This document shows positions 29,452 to 38,906 of a stretch of DNA of 64,000 nt, piece after piece (the stretch's first letter is position 1; the number at the start of each line of letters is the position of its first letter). The DNA comes from Candidatus Hydrogenedentota bacterium (GTDB lineage Bacteria > Hydrogenedentota > Hydrogenedentia > Hydrogenedentales > SLHB01): contig BTWA01000011.1 of the NCBI GenBank assembly GCA_045863295.1, positions 64,001-128,000 of the forward strand. The letters are read 5' to 3'. Below the pieces are notes generated by a model. It saw nothing but the letters and a program-made list of their open reading frames with translations. It had not been told where the DNA came from and searched no databases. Both the position numbers and the translations under genes were made by a program.

Positions 29452-30573
29452 ATGACATTGCTTACCGATCACCATACGGCGCGAGCGGATTCGGATTTGG
29501 ATTACCAGAACCGGATTCTGGTGGATGTTTCGCGCACGTTTGCGTTGACGATTCCTCAATTGCCAGGCCGTTTGCGGACCGTGGTGGGCAATGCGTATCT
29601 GCTTTGCCGTTTGGCGGATACGATAGAGGATTCTGAGGTGTTGACGCTGGCAGAAAAGCGTCATTTCTACGATTTATTTGGCGCTGTGCTGAGTGGCCGG
29701 TGCGCGGCGGAGTCGTTTGCGGCCGACCTTGCGCCTTGCCTTGGGGGATCGGTGATTCCGGGCGAAGTGGATCTCGTGCGAAACACTCCGCGTGTGATTC
29801 ACGTATTTCAGACGTTCACGGAGGCGGAACAAGGGGCGCTGCAACGATGCGTGCGGATTATGGCGGAAGGCATGGAGGCGTTCCAGAAGGGCCGTTATTC
29901 GGACGGGCTGCCCAATCTTGCGTATCTCGACGCGTATTGTTATCACGTAGCGGGCGTTGTGGGCGAGATGTTGACGGAGCTATTTTGCGCGTATTCGCCC
30001 GCCATTGCGGAGCGCCGCGAGGCGCTGATGCAACGGGCGGTTTCCTTTGGGCAAGGGCTTCAGATGACCAATATTCTGAAGGACATTCACGAGGACAAGC
30101 AGCGCGAAATGTGTTGGCTTCCGAAGGACGTATTTCAAAACGAAGGTTTTGAGTTGTGCGATCTTTCGAATGGTCCGGGCGACAAGCGGTTTCACAAGGG
30201 GCTGCGGATGTTGGCGGGGATGGCCCATGGCCATCTGGAAAATGCGCTGGACTACACGCTTTTGATTCCGAACAACGAGACCGGCATACGGAAGTTTTGC
30301 ATATGGGCGATCAGTATGGCGGTGTTGACGCTTCGCAGGATACATGGGAATCCTGCATACCGTTCCGGCGCGGAGGTCAAGATTACCCGTAACAGCGTGC
30401 GGGTGACGATGTTGACGACGACGATGATCGTGCGCAGCGATCCACTTCTTCGCCTTGGGATGAAGGTTTCCTCGCTGGGTCTGCCGAAAATCCGTGTGGA
30501 GGCGCAATTGGGCGATTCGGTGCGTCATCCAGGCCCGGCGGCTACGCCGGATAGGGTTCATCCCCTGCCATGA
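29452..30573 (+). CDS. Squalene/phytoene synthase family protein (single-enzyme SQS-like)
   Basis: VSRTFAL, YLLCRLADTIED, YCYHVAGVVG, GLQMTNILKDIHED. Confidence 0.9.
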   Translation: MTLLTDHHTARADSDLDYQNRILVDVSRTFALTIPQLPGRLRTVVGNAYLLCRLADTIEDSEVLTLAEKRHFYDLFGAVLSGRCAAESFAADLAPCLGGSVIPGEVDLVRNTPRVIHVFQTFTEAEQGALQRCVRIMAEGMEAFQKGRYSDGLPNLAYLDAYCYHVAGVVGEMLTELFCAYSPAIAERREALMQRAVSFGQGLQMTNILKDIHEDKQREMCWLPKDVFQNEGFELCDLSNGPGDKRFHKGLRMLAGMAHGHLENALDYTLLIPNNETGIRKFCIWAISMAVLTLRRIHGNPAYRSGAEVKITRNSVRVTMLTTTMIVRSDPLLRLGMKVSSLGLPKIRVEAQLGDSVRHPGPAATPDRVHPLP

Positions 30574-31367
30574 GCGCGGTTCGAGAGCGCTATGTTTCAG
30601 AGATTTTCCAGTATGAGCGGGAAGGCTACGCCATTTTCAGGAACGTGCTCGACGCGGGACTCATTGCGGAGGCGCGGCGGCACAACGACTGGTTGTTGGA
30701 GCGCAATCCCGGTGTGCGGCCGGAACAGTCGCATCATTATTTAATGACGCGCGACCCATTTTGGGTACGTTTGGTGAGCGACGAGCGGCTGCTGGACATC
30801 GCCGAGTTGTTTGTGGGGCCGAATCTGGCGTTGTTTGGTTCGCATTATATCAGCAAGCGGCCACGGGACGGTCAGGCGGTTTTGTGGCATCAAGACGGTT
30901 CGTACTGGCCGCTGGAGCCGATGGAGGTGGTCTCGCTTTGGCTGGCCGTGGATGCGTCCACGCCGGAGAACGGGTGCATGCGCGTGATACCTGGCACGCA
31001 GCAGGTGGCGCTGCAGTCGCTACATGAGCGCAAGGACGTGGACAACGTGTTGGGATCGGGGATGGACGAACGGCTGGTGGATGAATCCAAGGCCGTCGAC
31101 CTCGTACTTAAGCCCGGTGATGTGTCGGTACATCATCCAAATGTCATTCACGGTTCCAATGCGAATCTTTCCACCAAGTGGCGGCGCAGCCTTACGATTC
31201 GATACATTCCGACCACGACCCGGATATTGCTGAAGAAGGGCGAGGGGATTCACCCGAGCGCTTTCCACTTGCGTGGCGAGGACCCGGGGTTGAACGAATA
31301 CAATCCTCGACCGGACTATGTGCCGGGGGCGTGCATGCCATTTGAAGGCTGCGACCGCTGGAAGTAG
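30570..31367 (+). CDS. Phytanoyl-CoA dioxygenase family Fe(II)/2OG oxygenase
   Basis: WHQD, ENGCMRVIPG, HGS..N..RR; ATGA overlap with the synthase. Confidence 0.9.
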   Translation: MSAVRERYVSEIFQYEREGYAIFRNVLDAGLIAEARRHNDWLLERNPGVRPEQSHHYLMTRDPFWVRLVSDERLLDIAELFVGPNLALFGSHYISKRPRDGQAVLWHQDGSYWPLEPMEVVSLWLAVDASTPENGCMRVIPGTQQVALQSLHERKDVDNVLGSGMDERLVDESKAVDLVLKPGDVSVHHPNVIHGSNANLSTKWRRSLTIRYIPTTTRILLKKGEGIHPSAFHLRGEDPGLNEYNPRPDYVPGACMPFEGCDRWK

Positions 31368-31414
31368 CGCTTTTCGGCAATGGCCTCGGGACAACCAATC
31401 AACACAGGTACATC

Positions 31415-31831
31415 ATGATACGATACACAACATCCGTTGACGAGATACGAGCGGACCAGTTGCAGGGGTTTTTCAAGGGATGGCAGAGCGCTCCGCCGCC
31501 GGAAACGCATCTTCAGATTTTGCGGAACAGCACCCATGTGGTGATAGCCGTTGACGACAATTCCGATCGGGTCGTGGGGTTTATTAATTGTCTTTCCGAT
31601 GGTGTTTTGTCTGCTTACATTCCATTGCTTGAGGTTTTGGATGAGTATCGCGGGCACGGGGTTGGCGCGGAGTTGTTCAAGCGTTTGATGGAACGAGTGG
31701 GCAAGCTTTATATGATCGATTGCATTTGTGATGCGATGTTGCAGCCGTTTTACGTGCGACTTGGGATGCGTCCCGCGACGGGGATGATGATTCGGAATTA
31801 CGAGCGTCAGCGGGGCGCGCCGGGGTCGTGA
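31415..31831 (+). CDS. GNAT N-acetyltransferase
   Basis: LEVLDEYRGHGVG acetyl-CoA motif, PFYVRLG. Confidence 0.9.
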   Translation: MIRYTTSVDEIRADQLQGFFKGWQSAPPPETHLQILRNSTHVVIAVDDNSDRVVGFINCLSDGVLSAYIPLLEVLDEYRGHGVGAELFKRLMERVGKLYMIDCICDAMLQPFYVRLGMRPATGMMIRNYERQRGAPGS

Positions 31832-31915
31832 ACGGGATGCGAAAAAGGGTGATTCATTTTGGGGCAAAACCACGTAGTAGTGTAGTTTTGCCTTAATTTA
31901 TGCGGATGTCTTCTA

Positions 31916-31944
31916 TTGACAGAGTGCTGTAGGGTGTCTAGAAT
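31916..31944 (+). promoter_or_regulatory. Near-consensus sigma70 promoter
   Basis: TTGACA-17-TAGAAT; upstream imperfect inverted repeat GGCAAAAC..GTTTTGCC (31863-92). Confidence 0.75.
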
Positions 31945-32030
31945 TCAGGTATAATGTCCAGTAGTACCCGTTCGAACGCGATGAATCTTGCGGCGTTGGC
32001 GGCATTGGGTTGGTGACTCGATGGCGGGTT

Positions 32031-32204
32031 ATGATGTCTACGGCGTTCTATTTGATCATCATGCTGGGCATAATCGCCTTTGTGACGCTGGTCGCCGTAC
32101 CGTCGTTATTGTGGACCAGGTGCCGGGAATGTGGGTATCGGAATTCGCTGGATGCGTTGAGGTGCACGAAATGCGGCCGGCCGTTATCGGGCAACACGCC
32201 GTGA
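32031..32204 (+). CDS. Small membrane protein with zinc ribbon
   Basis: One hydrophobic helix followed by CREC...CTKC. Confidence 0.65.
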   Translation: MMSTAFYLIIMLGIIAFVTLVAVPSLLWTRCRECGYRNSLDALRCTKCGRPLSGNTP

Positions 32205-32242
32205 GGGTCTGGATTCCGGCCGCCAACCGTGAGGTGTGAGTT

Positions 32243-33838
32243 GTGGCCAATATGAGCAATTGCCCGTATTGCGGGAAACTGACTGACTTGCAGTTGGACA
32301 GTTGCGTTCACTGCGGCGGGTTTCTCAAGAAGCAGGCGGGCCGCCCGGGCCGCCCGGGAGCGCAGACGAGTCAGACGTGTCCGTCCTGCGGGGCATTGGT
32401 TCGGGAGGGGGACATCATTTGTGTCGCTTGCGGCACGAATTTACTCACCGGTCAGAAGATAGCGGACGAGAAGAAGGCGGCACCTTCGGGGGGAGGACCT
32501 TCGGTCTTGCCTGTGCTGCTTGGGCTTTTGGCGATAGTATTGCTGGTGGTCGTGGGTGCACTGGCGTACTTTGTATTCTTCCGGGATCCTGTTTCGCGTG
32601 CGCAATCCCTTCGTGAAGAGGGGAAGCTGTCCGAGGCGGTGAAGTTGCTTGAAGACGAGATTCAACGCAAGCCCGATCATGCGAAGGCGCACATGGAACT
32701 GGGCAAGGTGTATTGGGCAGCGAATGACTATGCGAAAGCGGGAGCGTCGTTCGAGAAAGTCTATCGCGTGCAGAGCGCGAATCTGGATGCGGCGTGGTTT
32801 GCAGTATTGGGCTATGCCAATTCTCAGGCGGCCAATGCTCAGGACAGTGTTGCCGCGGTATTGGAATTGATACTGACGAACGAACCGGGTAATCAGGAGG
32901 CCCGTTATCTTCTGGCGTCTGTTCGCGGGAATCAGGGACGCTACGGGGAGCAGGCAAAGGCGCTTGACCAGATGCTTGCGGCGAATCCGAACAACGCGAA
33001 GTTCCGGCGATCACTGGGCATTGCGAATGTATTGGACGGCAACGCGGCTCGAGGCGAAGCGGTGTTGCAGCAGTCCGTTGTGGCGGATGGCAACGATGCC
33101 AACGCAAAGGCGGCGCTAGGCGTTGCGCAGGCAATGCAGGGCAAGCTTGCCGATGCGCGGGCGCAATTGCAGGAGGCGATCAACGGCAATACGTCGGTGT
33201 TGCCGCAGGCGTTGACGGAGTTGGGGATATTGCTGGCGGCCGATGGCAAGTTCGGCGAGGCGCTTCCGCTTTTGAACGATGCGGTGGCGAAGGGCGAGGC
33301 GTCGCCCGCGGCGAAATATTTCCGGGCGGTGTGCATGGCACGGCAGCGGCAAGGGGAGCAGGCGCTGACGGAATTCGAGTCGTTGATTCGCGCGAAGGGT
33401 CCGTTTGCGACGCAGGCGGCCGCGCAATCCGGCTTAATTCAATTGGAAAAGGGCGATGCGGACGCCGCATTGCGCGCGGTTGATAGCGCTCCCACGGGCG
33501 GGGATCCGTCTGGCGAGGCTGAGTTGCAGACGGTACGGGGCCGCGCCCATCTTGCGTTGGGGAACCCATCGGGGGCGATGGAAGCATTTCGCAACGCAAT
33601 GAAGGCGGACGAGAGCTACGCGCCGGCCCAATTGGAAATGGGCCTTGCGCTTTTGCAGGCCCAGCAAATGGATGAAGGGATGCGGCGGCTGGAACGGTAT
33701 TTGAGCCTGGTGAATGCCCAGGACTCCTCCACGGGCGCTTCCGAAATACAGGCATTGCTTGATCAGTTGCGCAAGACGACCGCCCGGGGAGCCACGGCGG
33801 TAGGCAGGGCTGAAACGCAAACGGAAAGGGGGCTGTAA
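32243..33838 (+). CDS. Double zinc-ribbon / TM / TPR protein
   Basis: CPYC..CVHC and CPSC..CVAC, one TM, many TPR-like helix pairs; GAGGTG RBS. Confidence 0.85.
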   Translation: MANMSNCPYCGKLTDLQLDSCVHCGGFLKKQAGRPGRPGAQTSQTCPSCGALVREGDIICVACGTNLLTGQKIADEKKAAPSGGGPSVLPVLLGLLAIVLLVVVGALAYFVFFRDPVSRAQSLREEGKLSEAVKLLEDEIQRKPDHAKAHMELGKVYWAANDYAKAGASFEKVYRVQSANLDAAWFAVLGYANSQAANAQDSVAAVLELILTNEPGNQEARYLLASVRGNQGRYGEQAKALDQMLAANPNNAKFRRSLGIANVLDGNAARGEAVLQQSVVADGNDANAKAALGVAQAMQGKLADARAQLQEAINGNTSVLPQALTELGILLAADGKFGEALPLLNDAVAKGEASPAAKYFRAVCMARQRQGEQALTEFESLIRAKGPFATQAAAQSGLIQLEKGDADAALRAVDSAPTGGDPSGEAELQTVRGRAHLALGNPSGAMEAFRNAMKADESYAPAQLEMGLALLQAQQMDEGMRRLERYLSLVNAQDSSTGASEIQALLDQLRKTTARGATAVGRAETQTERGL

Positions 33839-35289
33839 TGGTACGGCCACGTTGGATAGTCACCGCGTTAGTGTCCGTGGTTTTGGGGACGGGCGTTGCC
33901 CACGCGTGGGGCCCCTTGGGCGACTCCGCGGTGGTGAGTGCGGGTGTGCGTCTGGTAGCGGACGACACGAAAATCCCCCTGCAGAACTTGATGCGTGACA
34001 TTCAGGCGGGTTCATCGGTGGGATCACAGGAGATGGTTCGGCTGATACCGAATGCCGATGTATCGCCGATATCCGCGATCGAGTCGGAGATGCATTTACT
34101 GCGTGCGGTACGAGGGGATCGGGTGGATCCGTATTTCGCTTACCGGCTGGGCGTATTGGGCAAACTGGTGGCGGGCGTCACGACGCCGCTGGTGACTTCA
34201 GAATCGCCGGTTAAGAACGTGTACCTCGCGGACGTTGAAAAAAACATTACGAAAGTTCGCGTGGATTCGTCGACGCGGGCGGAGGTGTCTCCGGCCACGT
34301 ATTTCCCGAACGTGATTCAACAGGCGAACATTGACGCGGACATGTTGATTCGTGACTACGAGGGCGGGCTTGGGTTTGACGGGATCGCCAAGGCATCTCT
34401 CGCGGAAGACGCAAGCCGGTCGGTGAATGCGGTGGCCGACGTATTGTATACGGTGCTGAAAGACCGGGCAGTCGTGGCCACGGTATCTCAGAATCAGACC
34501 CGGGACTATTACCTGCTTGCGTTGGAGTTTTTTTTGAAGCGGGGCAACGAGAAGGAAGCGGAGTTGGTCCATGCGAAGTTGCTATCCGTGGACTCCGGAT
34601 CTCCCGATTTGCACAAGCAAGTGGGCGATTTGTATTTCTCCGCCAAGTTGTATGAGCGAGGTGTCGCCGAATACGAGCGTGTACTTGCGTTGCAACCGGA
34701 GCGGCGCGACGTGGTGGAGCGGCTTGCGCAGCACTATTTGAGCGTTGGCGACAAGGAAATCGAGGATGGAAATCTCGAAGCCGCGGAGGAGGCGTATGCC
34801 AAGGCGGCAGCGACGGACAAATTAAATCCGGACACGACGTCCAAATTGATGAAGACGCGGACGCAGCGGGCGGATCGCGATATGCGCATGACGTCAGCGT
34901 CTTCCGCGATTGAACAGGCGGCGGAGTTGACCGCGCAGGCCGAGCAGTTTGCCTTTAACCGGCAATTCGGCGAAGCGATGCAGAAGCTGACGGAGGCGCA
35001 GGGACTGTATCAATCGGTAGGTACTGAATTTCCCGAACTGGCGAGGGAATCGCGGAATGGGTTGTTCACCATTCAGACGGAGATGGACAAACTGCGTTCC
35101 GATCTGGTGAATTCGGCGCCTTCGCTTTCGGGATTGGGGCGTGACGCCGGTGTGCGCAAGCTTGCGGTCACGACCGCGGGCGAGGTGGGCGCCAGCACGT
35201 TGCAGGCGATCGTGAAATCGGAATATGACGCGGAGATTGACCGTTTGAAGCAGCAGTATGAGCCGGCGATAATCAGTGCCGGCCGTTAG
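33838..35289 (+). CDS. Exported protein with P1-nuclease/Zn-PLC-like N-domain and TPRs
   Basis: Signal peptide AHA|WG, helical domain, TPRs; TAATG coupling to the previous gene. Confidence 0.75.
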   Translation: MVRPRWIVTALVSVVLGTGVAHAWGPLGDSAVVSAGVRLVADDTKIPLQNLMRDIQAGSSVGSQEMVRLIPNADVSPISAIESEMHLLRAVRGDRVDPYFAYRLGVLGKLVAGVTTPLVTSESPVKNVYLADVEKNITKVRVDSSTRAEVSPATYFPNVIQQANIDADMLIRDYEGGLGFDGIAKASLAEDASRSVNAVADVLYTVLKDRAVVATVSQNQTRDYYLLALEFFLKRGNEKEAELVHAKLLSVDSGSPDLHKQVGDLYFSAKLYERGVAEYERVLALQPERRDVVERLAQHYLSVGDKEIEDGNLEAAEEAYAKAAATDKLNPDTTSKLMKTRTQRADRDMRMTSASSAIEQAAELTAQAEQFAFNRQFGEAMQKLTEAQGLYQSVGTEFPELARESRNGLFTIQTEMDKLRSDLVNSAPSLSGLGRDAGVRKLAVTTAGEVGASTLQAIVKSEYDAEIDRLKQQYEPAIISAGR

Positions 35290-35310
35290 GTGTTTTGACG
35301 CGCGGATTTG

Positions 35311-35346
35311 GGCCGTCCGGCCGGTGGCTGGACGGCCTTTACTTTT
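35311..35346 (+). terminator. Intrinsic terminator
   Basis: GGCCGTCCGGCC/GGCTGGACGGCC stem followed by TTTACTTTT. Confidence 0.8.
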
Positions 35347-35470
35347 GCAGGCTACTCTTCTCCTGAGTCGATGCCTTTTTTGAATTATCCAGCCGTCGTA
35401 TGGTACGCTTCAGCGACCTGTGTTCTGACCGCATTCTACGTTCGGCAATTGGGTGCCGTCCCCGGTTTTT

Positions 35471-36220
35471 ATGCACAAACCCCTGATTTTAGTGACGAAC
35501 GACGATGGCATCCAGGCGCCCGGATTGGCGGCGCTCGCGGAATCATTAGGCCGCGTCGGCGACGTATGGGTGTATGCCCCTGACCGGCAACAGAGTGCGG
35601 TGAGCCATTGTGTGTCGCTTCACCGGCCATTGCGCGTGCAGCAGATCAGGGACCAGTGGTTCATGGTTGACGGCACGCCGACAGATTGCGTGATGTTGGC
35701 CGTTCGGGACCTATTGCATGCGCGCCCCGATTTGGTGGTATCCGGCGTCAATACGGGGGCCAACCTTGGCGACGACGTCATATATTCCGGCACGGTGGCC
35801 GGTGCGTTCGAGGGCATGTTGCTTGGGTTGCCGGCCGTTGCCGTATCGGATGTTTCGTACAAGCCTCGGTATTTGGAGACCGCCGCACGCGTGGGCGCGG
35901 AGATCGCGGAGCGGGTGCTGGCGGGCGGATTGCCGCCGGAAACCGTGCTGAATGTAAATGTGCCGGACGTTCCTTTCGAGGAATTGAAGGGGCAGCGAGT
36001 AACGCGCATGGGCCGGCGGAATTACCCCGACGATATCATCGAGCGGGAGGATCCGCGCGGGGGAAAGTATTTCTGGATCGGGGGCGCTGAGCCCGGCTTT
36101 GTGAGCGAGCCGGGGACGGATTTTGAGGCCATTGACCAAGGCTGTGTGAGTGTGACGCCTTTGCAGCGGGACATGACGAATCACGCGGCTTTGACGGCAC
36201 TGCACCGATGGGTGCGGTAG
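35471..36220 (+). CDS. surE: 5'/3'-nucleotidase SurE
   Basis: ILVTNDDG, GTPTDCV, SGVNTGANLG, YSGTV. Confidence 0.96.
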   Translation: MHKPLILVTNDDGIQAPGLAALAESLGRVGDVWVYAPDRQQSAVSHCVSLHRPLRVQQIRDQWFMVDGTPTDCVMLAVRDLLHARPDLVVSGVNTGANLGDDVIYSGTVAGAFEGMLLGLPAVAVSDVSYKPRYLETAARVGAEIAERVLAGGLPPETVLNVNVPDVPFEELKGQRVTRMGRRNYPDDIIEREDPRGGKYFWIGGAEPGFVSEPGTDFEAIDQGCVSVTPLQRDMTNHAALTALHRWVR

Positions 36221-36233
36221 GAGAACGCGCCCG

Positions 36234-36836
36234 ATGCCCATGAAGCAGTTGAAGCGTCTGTATGACTGGGTGCTGAGTTGGGCGGATACGCCTTACGGCG
36301 GGGTTGCGTTGTTCGTGTTGGCGTTTGCGGAGTCGAGTTTTTTTCCGATCCCGCCGGATGTGCTCTTGATTGCACTGTGTCTTGGCAACCGGGAACGGTG
36401 GATCCGTTTTGCGATGATATGCACGACGGCTTCGCTGCTGGGCGGACTTGCGGGATACGGTATTGGCTGGGGTCTTTGGCACGTCGTTGACCAGTTTTTT
36501 TTCACGTACGTGCCCGGGTTTTCGCCGGAGCAGTTTTCGCGGGTCCAGGGCCTCTACGAGCAGTGGAATTTCTGGATTGTGTTTATTGCGGCGTTTACGC
36601 CGATCCCGTACAAAGTCATCACGGTGACGGCCGGCGTGTTTGGCGTCAACGTGTTCATGTTTGCCTTGGCGTCGCTTGTGGGTCGCGCAGCGCGGTTCTT
36701 TTTGGTCGCGTACCTGCTGCATCGTTTTGGCGAACCTATACATGGTTTTATCGAGAAGCGGTTTAACCTGTTAACGATTGTCTTCGTGGTGCTGCTTTTG
36801 GGCGGGTTCTTAATCCTGCGGCTGGCGAGCCACTGA
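36234..36836 (+). CDS. YqaA/DedA (VTT domain) membrane protein
   Basis: AESSFFPIPPD, FTPIPYKV, GRAARFF. Confidence 0.92.
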   Translation: MPMKQLKRLYDWVLSWADTPYGGVALFVLAFAESSFFPIPPDVLLIALCLGNRERWIRFAMICTTASLLGGLAGYGIGWGLWHVVDQFFFTYVPGFSPEQFSRVQGLYEQWNFWIVFIAAFTPIPYKVITVTAGVFGVNVFMFALASLVGRAARFFLVAYLLHRFGEPIHGFIEKRFNLLTIVFVVLLLGGFLILRLASH

Positions 36837-36879
36837 AGCGACCGGTTTCACCTGAAAAACTCAATGGGAGTGCGAAAGA

Positions 36880-38724
36880 ATGTGCGGAATAGTCGGTTAC
36901 ATCGGCAAGAAGAACGCCGTAGACATCATTATGAGCGGTTTGCACCGTCTCGAGTACCGCGGCTATGACTCGGCCGGCGTTGCGGTGATTAAGAACGGTT
37001 CGCTGGAGTCCATCAAGAGCCTGGGTAAGTTGAAGCACATGGATGAGCGCCTTGCCAAGGATCCGCTGATTGCGCCGCTGGGCATTGGCCATACCCGCTG
37101 GGCCACGCACGGCGTTCCGAGCGAGGTGAATTCGCACCCGCACTTCGACATGCAAATGGAAATCGCGGTGGTGCACAACGGCATCATCGAAAATTATCAG
37201 GAACTGCGCGAAGAGCTGACCAAGGAAGGCGTGAATTTTCGCAGCCAGACGGACACCGAAACCATCGCCCACCTGGTGCGCAAGTATTACCGGGGCGATC
37301 TCTTCGCGGCCGTAAAGCGCGCGTTGAAAGACGTGGAAGGCGCATATGCCATCGGCGTCGTGTGCAAGGATCAGCCTGACGTAATGGTGGCGGCGCGCCA
37401 TGGCAGCCCGCTTATCGTGGGTCTGGGCGAGGGCGGCGAGAAGGAGGCGTTTATCGCGTCCGACGTGCCTGCGATTATGAAGTACACGCGCACGGTGCTT
37501 TACCTGGACAACGGCCAGGTGTGCGAGATTCGCCGCGACGGCTACAAGGTCGAGGACATCGACGGCAATCCGGTTACGCTGGAAGTGAAGCATGTGGATT
37601 GGGACGATGCGGCCGCCGAGAAGGAAGGCTACCCCCACTTCATGCTGAAGGAAATCAACCAGCAACCTGCCGTGATCAAGAATACGCTGGCGGGCCGCGT
37701 GGACGAGGCGACGGGCGAAGTGAAGTTGCCGGATATGAACATATCGGTGGAGGATCTGAAGAACTGCAAGCAGATCCATATTGTGGCTTGCGGCACGGCG
37801 TGGCATGCGGGCATGGTGGGCAAGTACCTCATCGAGCAGTTCACACGCGTGCCGGTGGAGTTGGACATTGCCTCCGAGTACCGGTACCGCGATCCGATCA
37901 TTCCCGAAGGCACGATCATGATTCCGGTATCGCAATCCGGCGAAACGGCGGACACGCTGGAAGCGATTCGCATTGCGAAGAGCAAAGGCGCGAAGGTGGC
38001 ATCGATCGTAAACGTAGTGGGTTCGAGCGTGGCGCGCGAATCGCACGGGGTGATTTACCAGCAGGCCGGCCCGGAGATTGGCGTGGCTTCGACCAAGGCG
38101 TATACATCGCAGGTGACGTGTTTTGTGCTGTTCACGATCTGGCTTGGCGAGACGCGTGGCAGCATCAGCAAGGAGCTTGGCAAGAAACTGATTGGGGAAT
38201 TGCGCGCTCTTCCGGACAAGATTCAAAAGGTGTTGGACAACCAGGACGACATCAAGCGTTGCGCGAAAGATCCCAAATACATGGATTCCTACAACGCGCT
38301 GTTTCTCGGCCGCGGGGTGAACTATCCGAGCGCGCTAGAAGGCGCGTTGAAGTTGAAAGAAATCAGCTATATCCACGCGGAGGGATACGCGGCAGGCGAG
38401 ATGAAGCACGGTCCCATTGCGCTTGTGACGAACAAGCTGCCGGTGGTTTCGGTTGCGGTCAAGGGAGACACGTACGAGAAGATCGTGTCGAATATCCAGG
38501 AAATCCGTGCGCGCAGCGGGATATGCCTCAATGTGGCCACGGAAGGCGATTCGAACATCAAGAACCACAGTGAAGACGTGTTCTATGTGCCGGAGTGCCA
38601 CGAGGCGGTGAGCCCGATATTGGTGGCCGTTCCGTTGCAGTTGTTTTCGTACTATGTGGCCGCGAACCGGGGCTGCGACGTTGACCAGCCCCGCAACCTC
38701 GCCAAGAGCGTGACGGTAGAGTAG
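36880..38724 (+). CDS. glmS: Glutamine--fructose-6-phosphate transaminase
   Basis: MCGIVG, GHTRWATHG, SQSGETADT, PRNLAKSVTVE. Confidence 0.98.
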   Translation: MCGIVGYIGKKNAVDIIMSGLHRLEYRGYDSAGVAVIKNGSLESIKSLGKLKHMDERLAKDPLIAPLGIGHTRWATHGVPSEVNSHPHFDMQMEIAVVHNGIIENYQELREELTKEGVNFRSQTDTETIAHLVRKYYRGDLFAAVKRALKDVEGAYAIGVVCKDQPDVMVAARHGSPLIVGLGEGGEKEAFIASDVPAIMKYTRTVLYLDNGQVCEIRRDGYKVEDIDGNPVTLEVKHVDWDDAAAEKEGYPHFMLKEINQQPAVIKNTLAGRVDEATGEVKLPDMNISVEDLKNCKQIHIVACGTAWHAGMVGKYLIEQFTRVPVELDIASEYRYRDPIIPEGTIMIPVSQSGETADTLEAIRIAKSKGAKVASIVNVVGSSVARESHGVIYQQAGPEIGVASTKAYTSQVTCFVLFTIWLGETRGSISKELGKKLIGELRALPDKIQKVLDNQDDIKRCAKDPKYMDSYNALFLGRGVNYPSALEGALKLKEISYIHAEGYAAGEMKHGPIALVTNKLPVVSVAVKGDTYEKIVSNIQEIRARSGICLNVATEGDSNIKNHSEDVFYVPECHEAVSPILVAVPLQLFSYYVAANRGCDVDQPRNLAKSVTVE

Positions 38725-38743
38725 TTATTGAGGTTCGATTTCC

Positions 38744-38781
38744 GGGGCGGAACCGTGGATAGCGGTTCCGCCTCTTTTTTT
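38744..38781 (+). terminator. Intrinsic terminator
   Basis: GGGGCGGAACCG/CGGTTCCGCCTC stem followed by a T run. Confidence 0.9.
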
Positions 38782-38906
38782 GCGCGTTCGTGGCATTTGG
38801 TCACACGCTTTCCTCATAATTGCGGATATATGAGTTGAGGGGCTCTGGTTGGATGGTAGCGGTTGACGGCGGGCATGTCGCAGCTTGCCCTCGAAAGGAG
38901 TGGGTC

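Noticed and set aside
36837..36879. glmS ribozyme
   Set aside because: Only 43 nt separate yqaA and glmS, too short, and no core motif is seen
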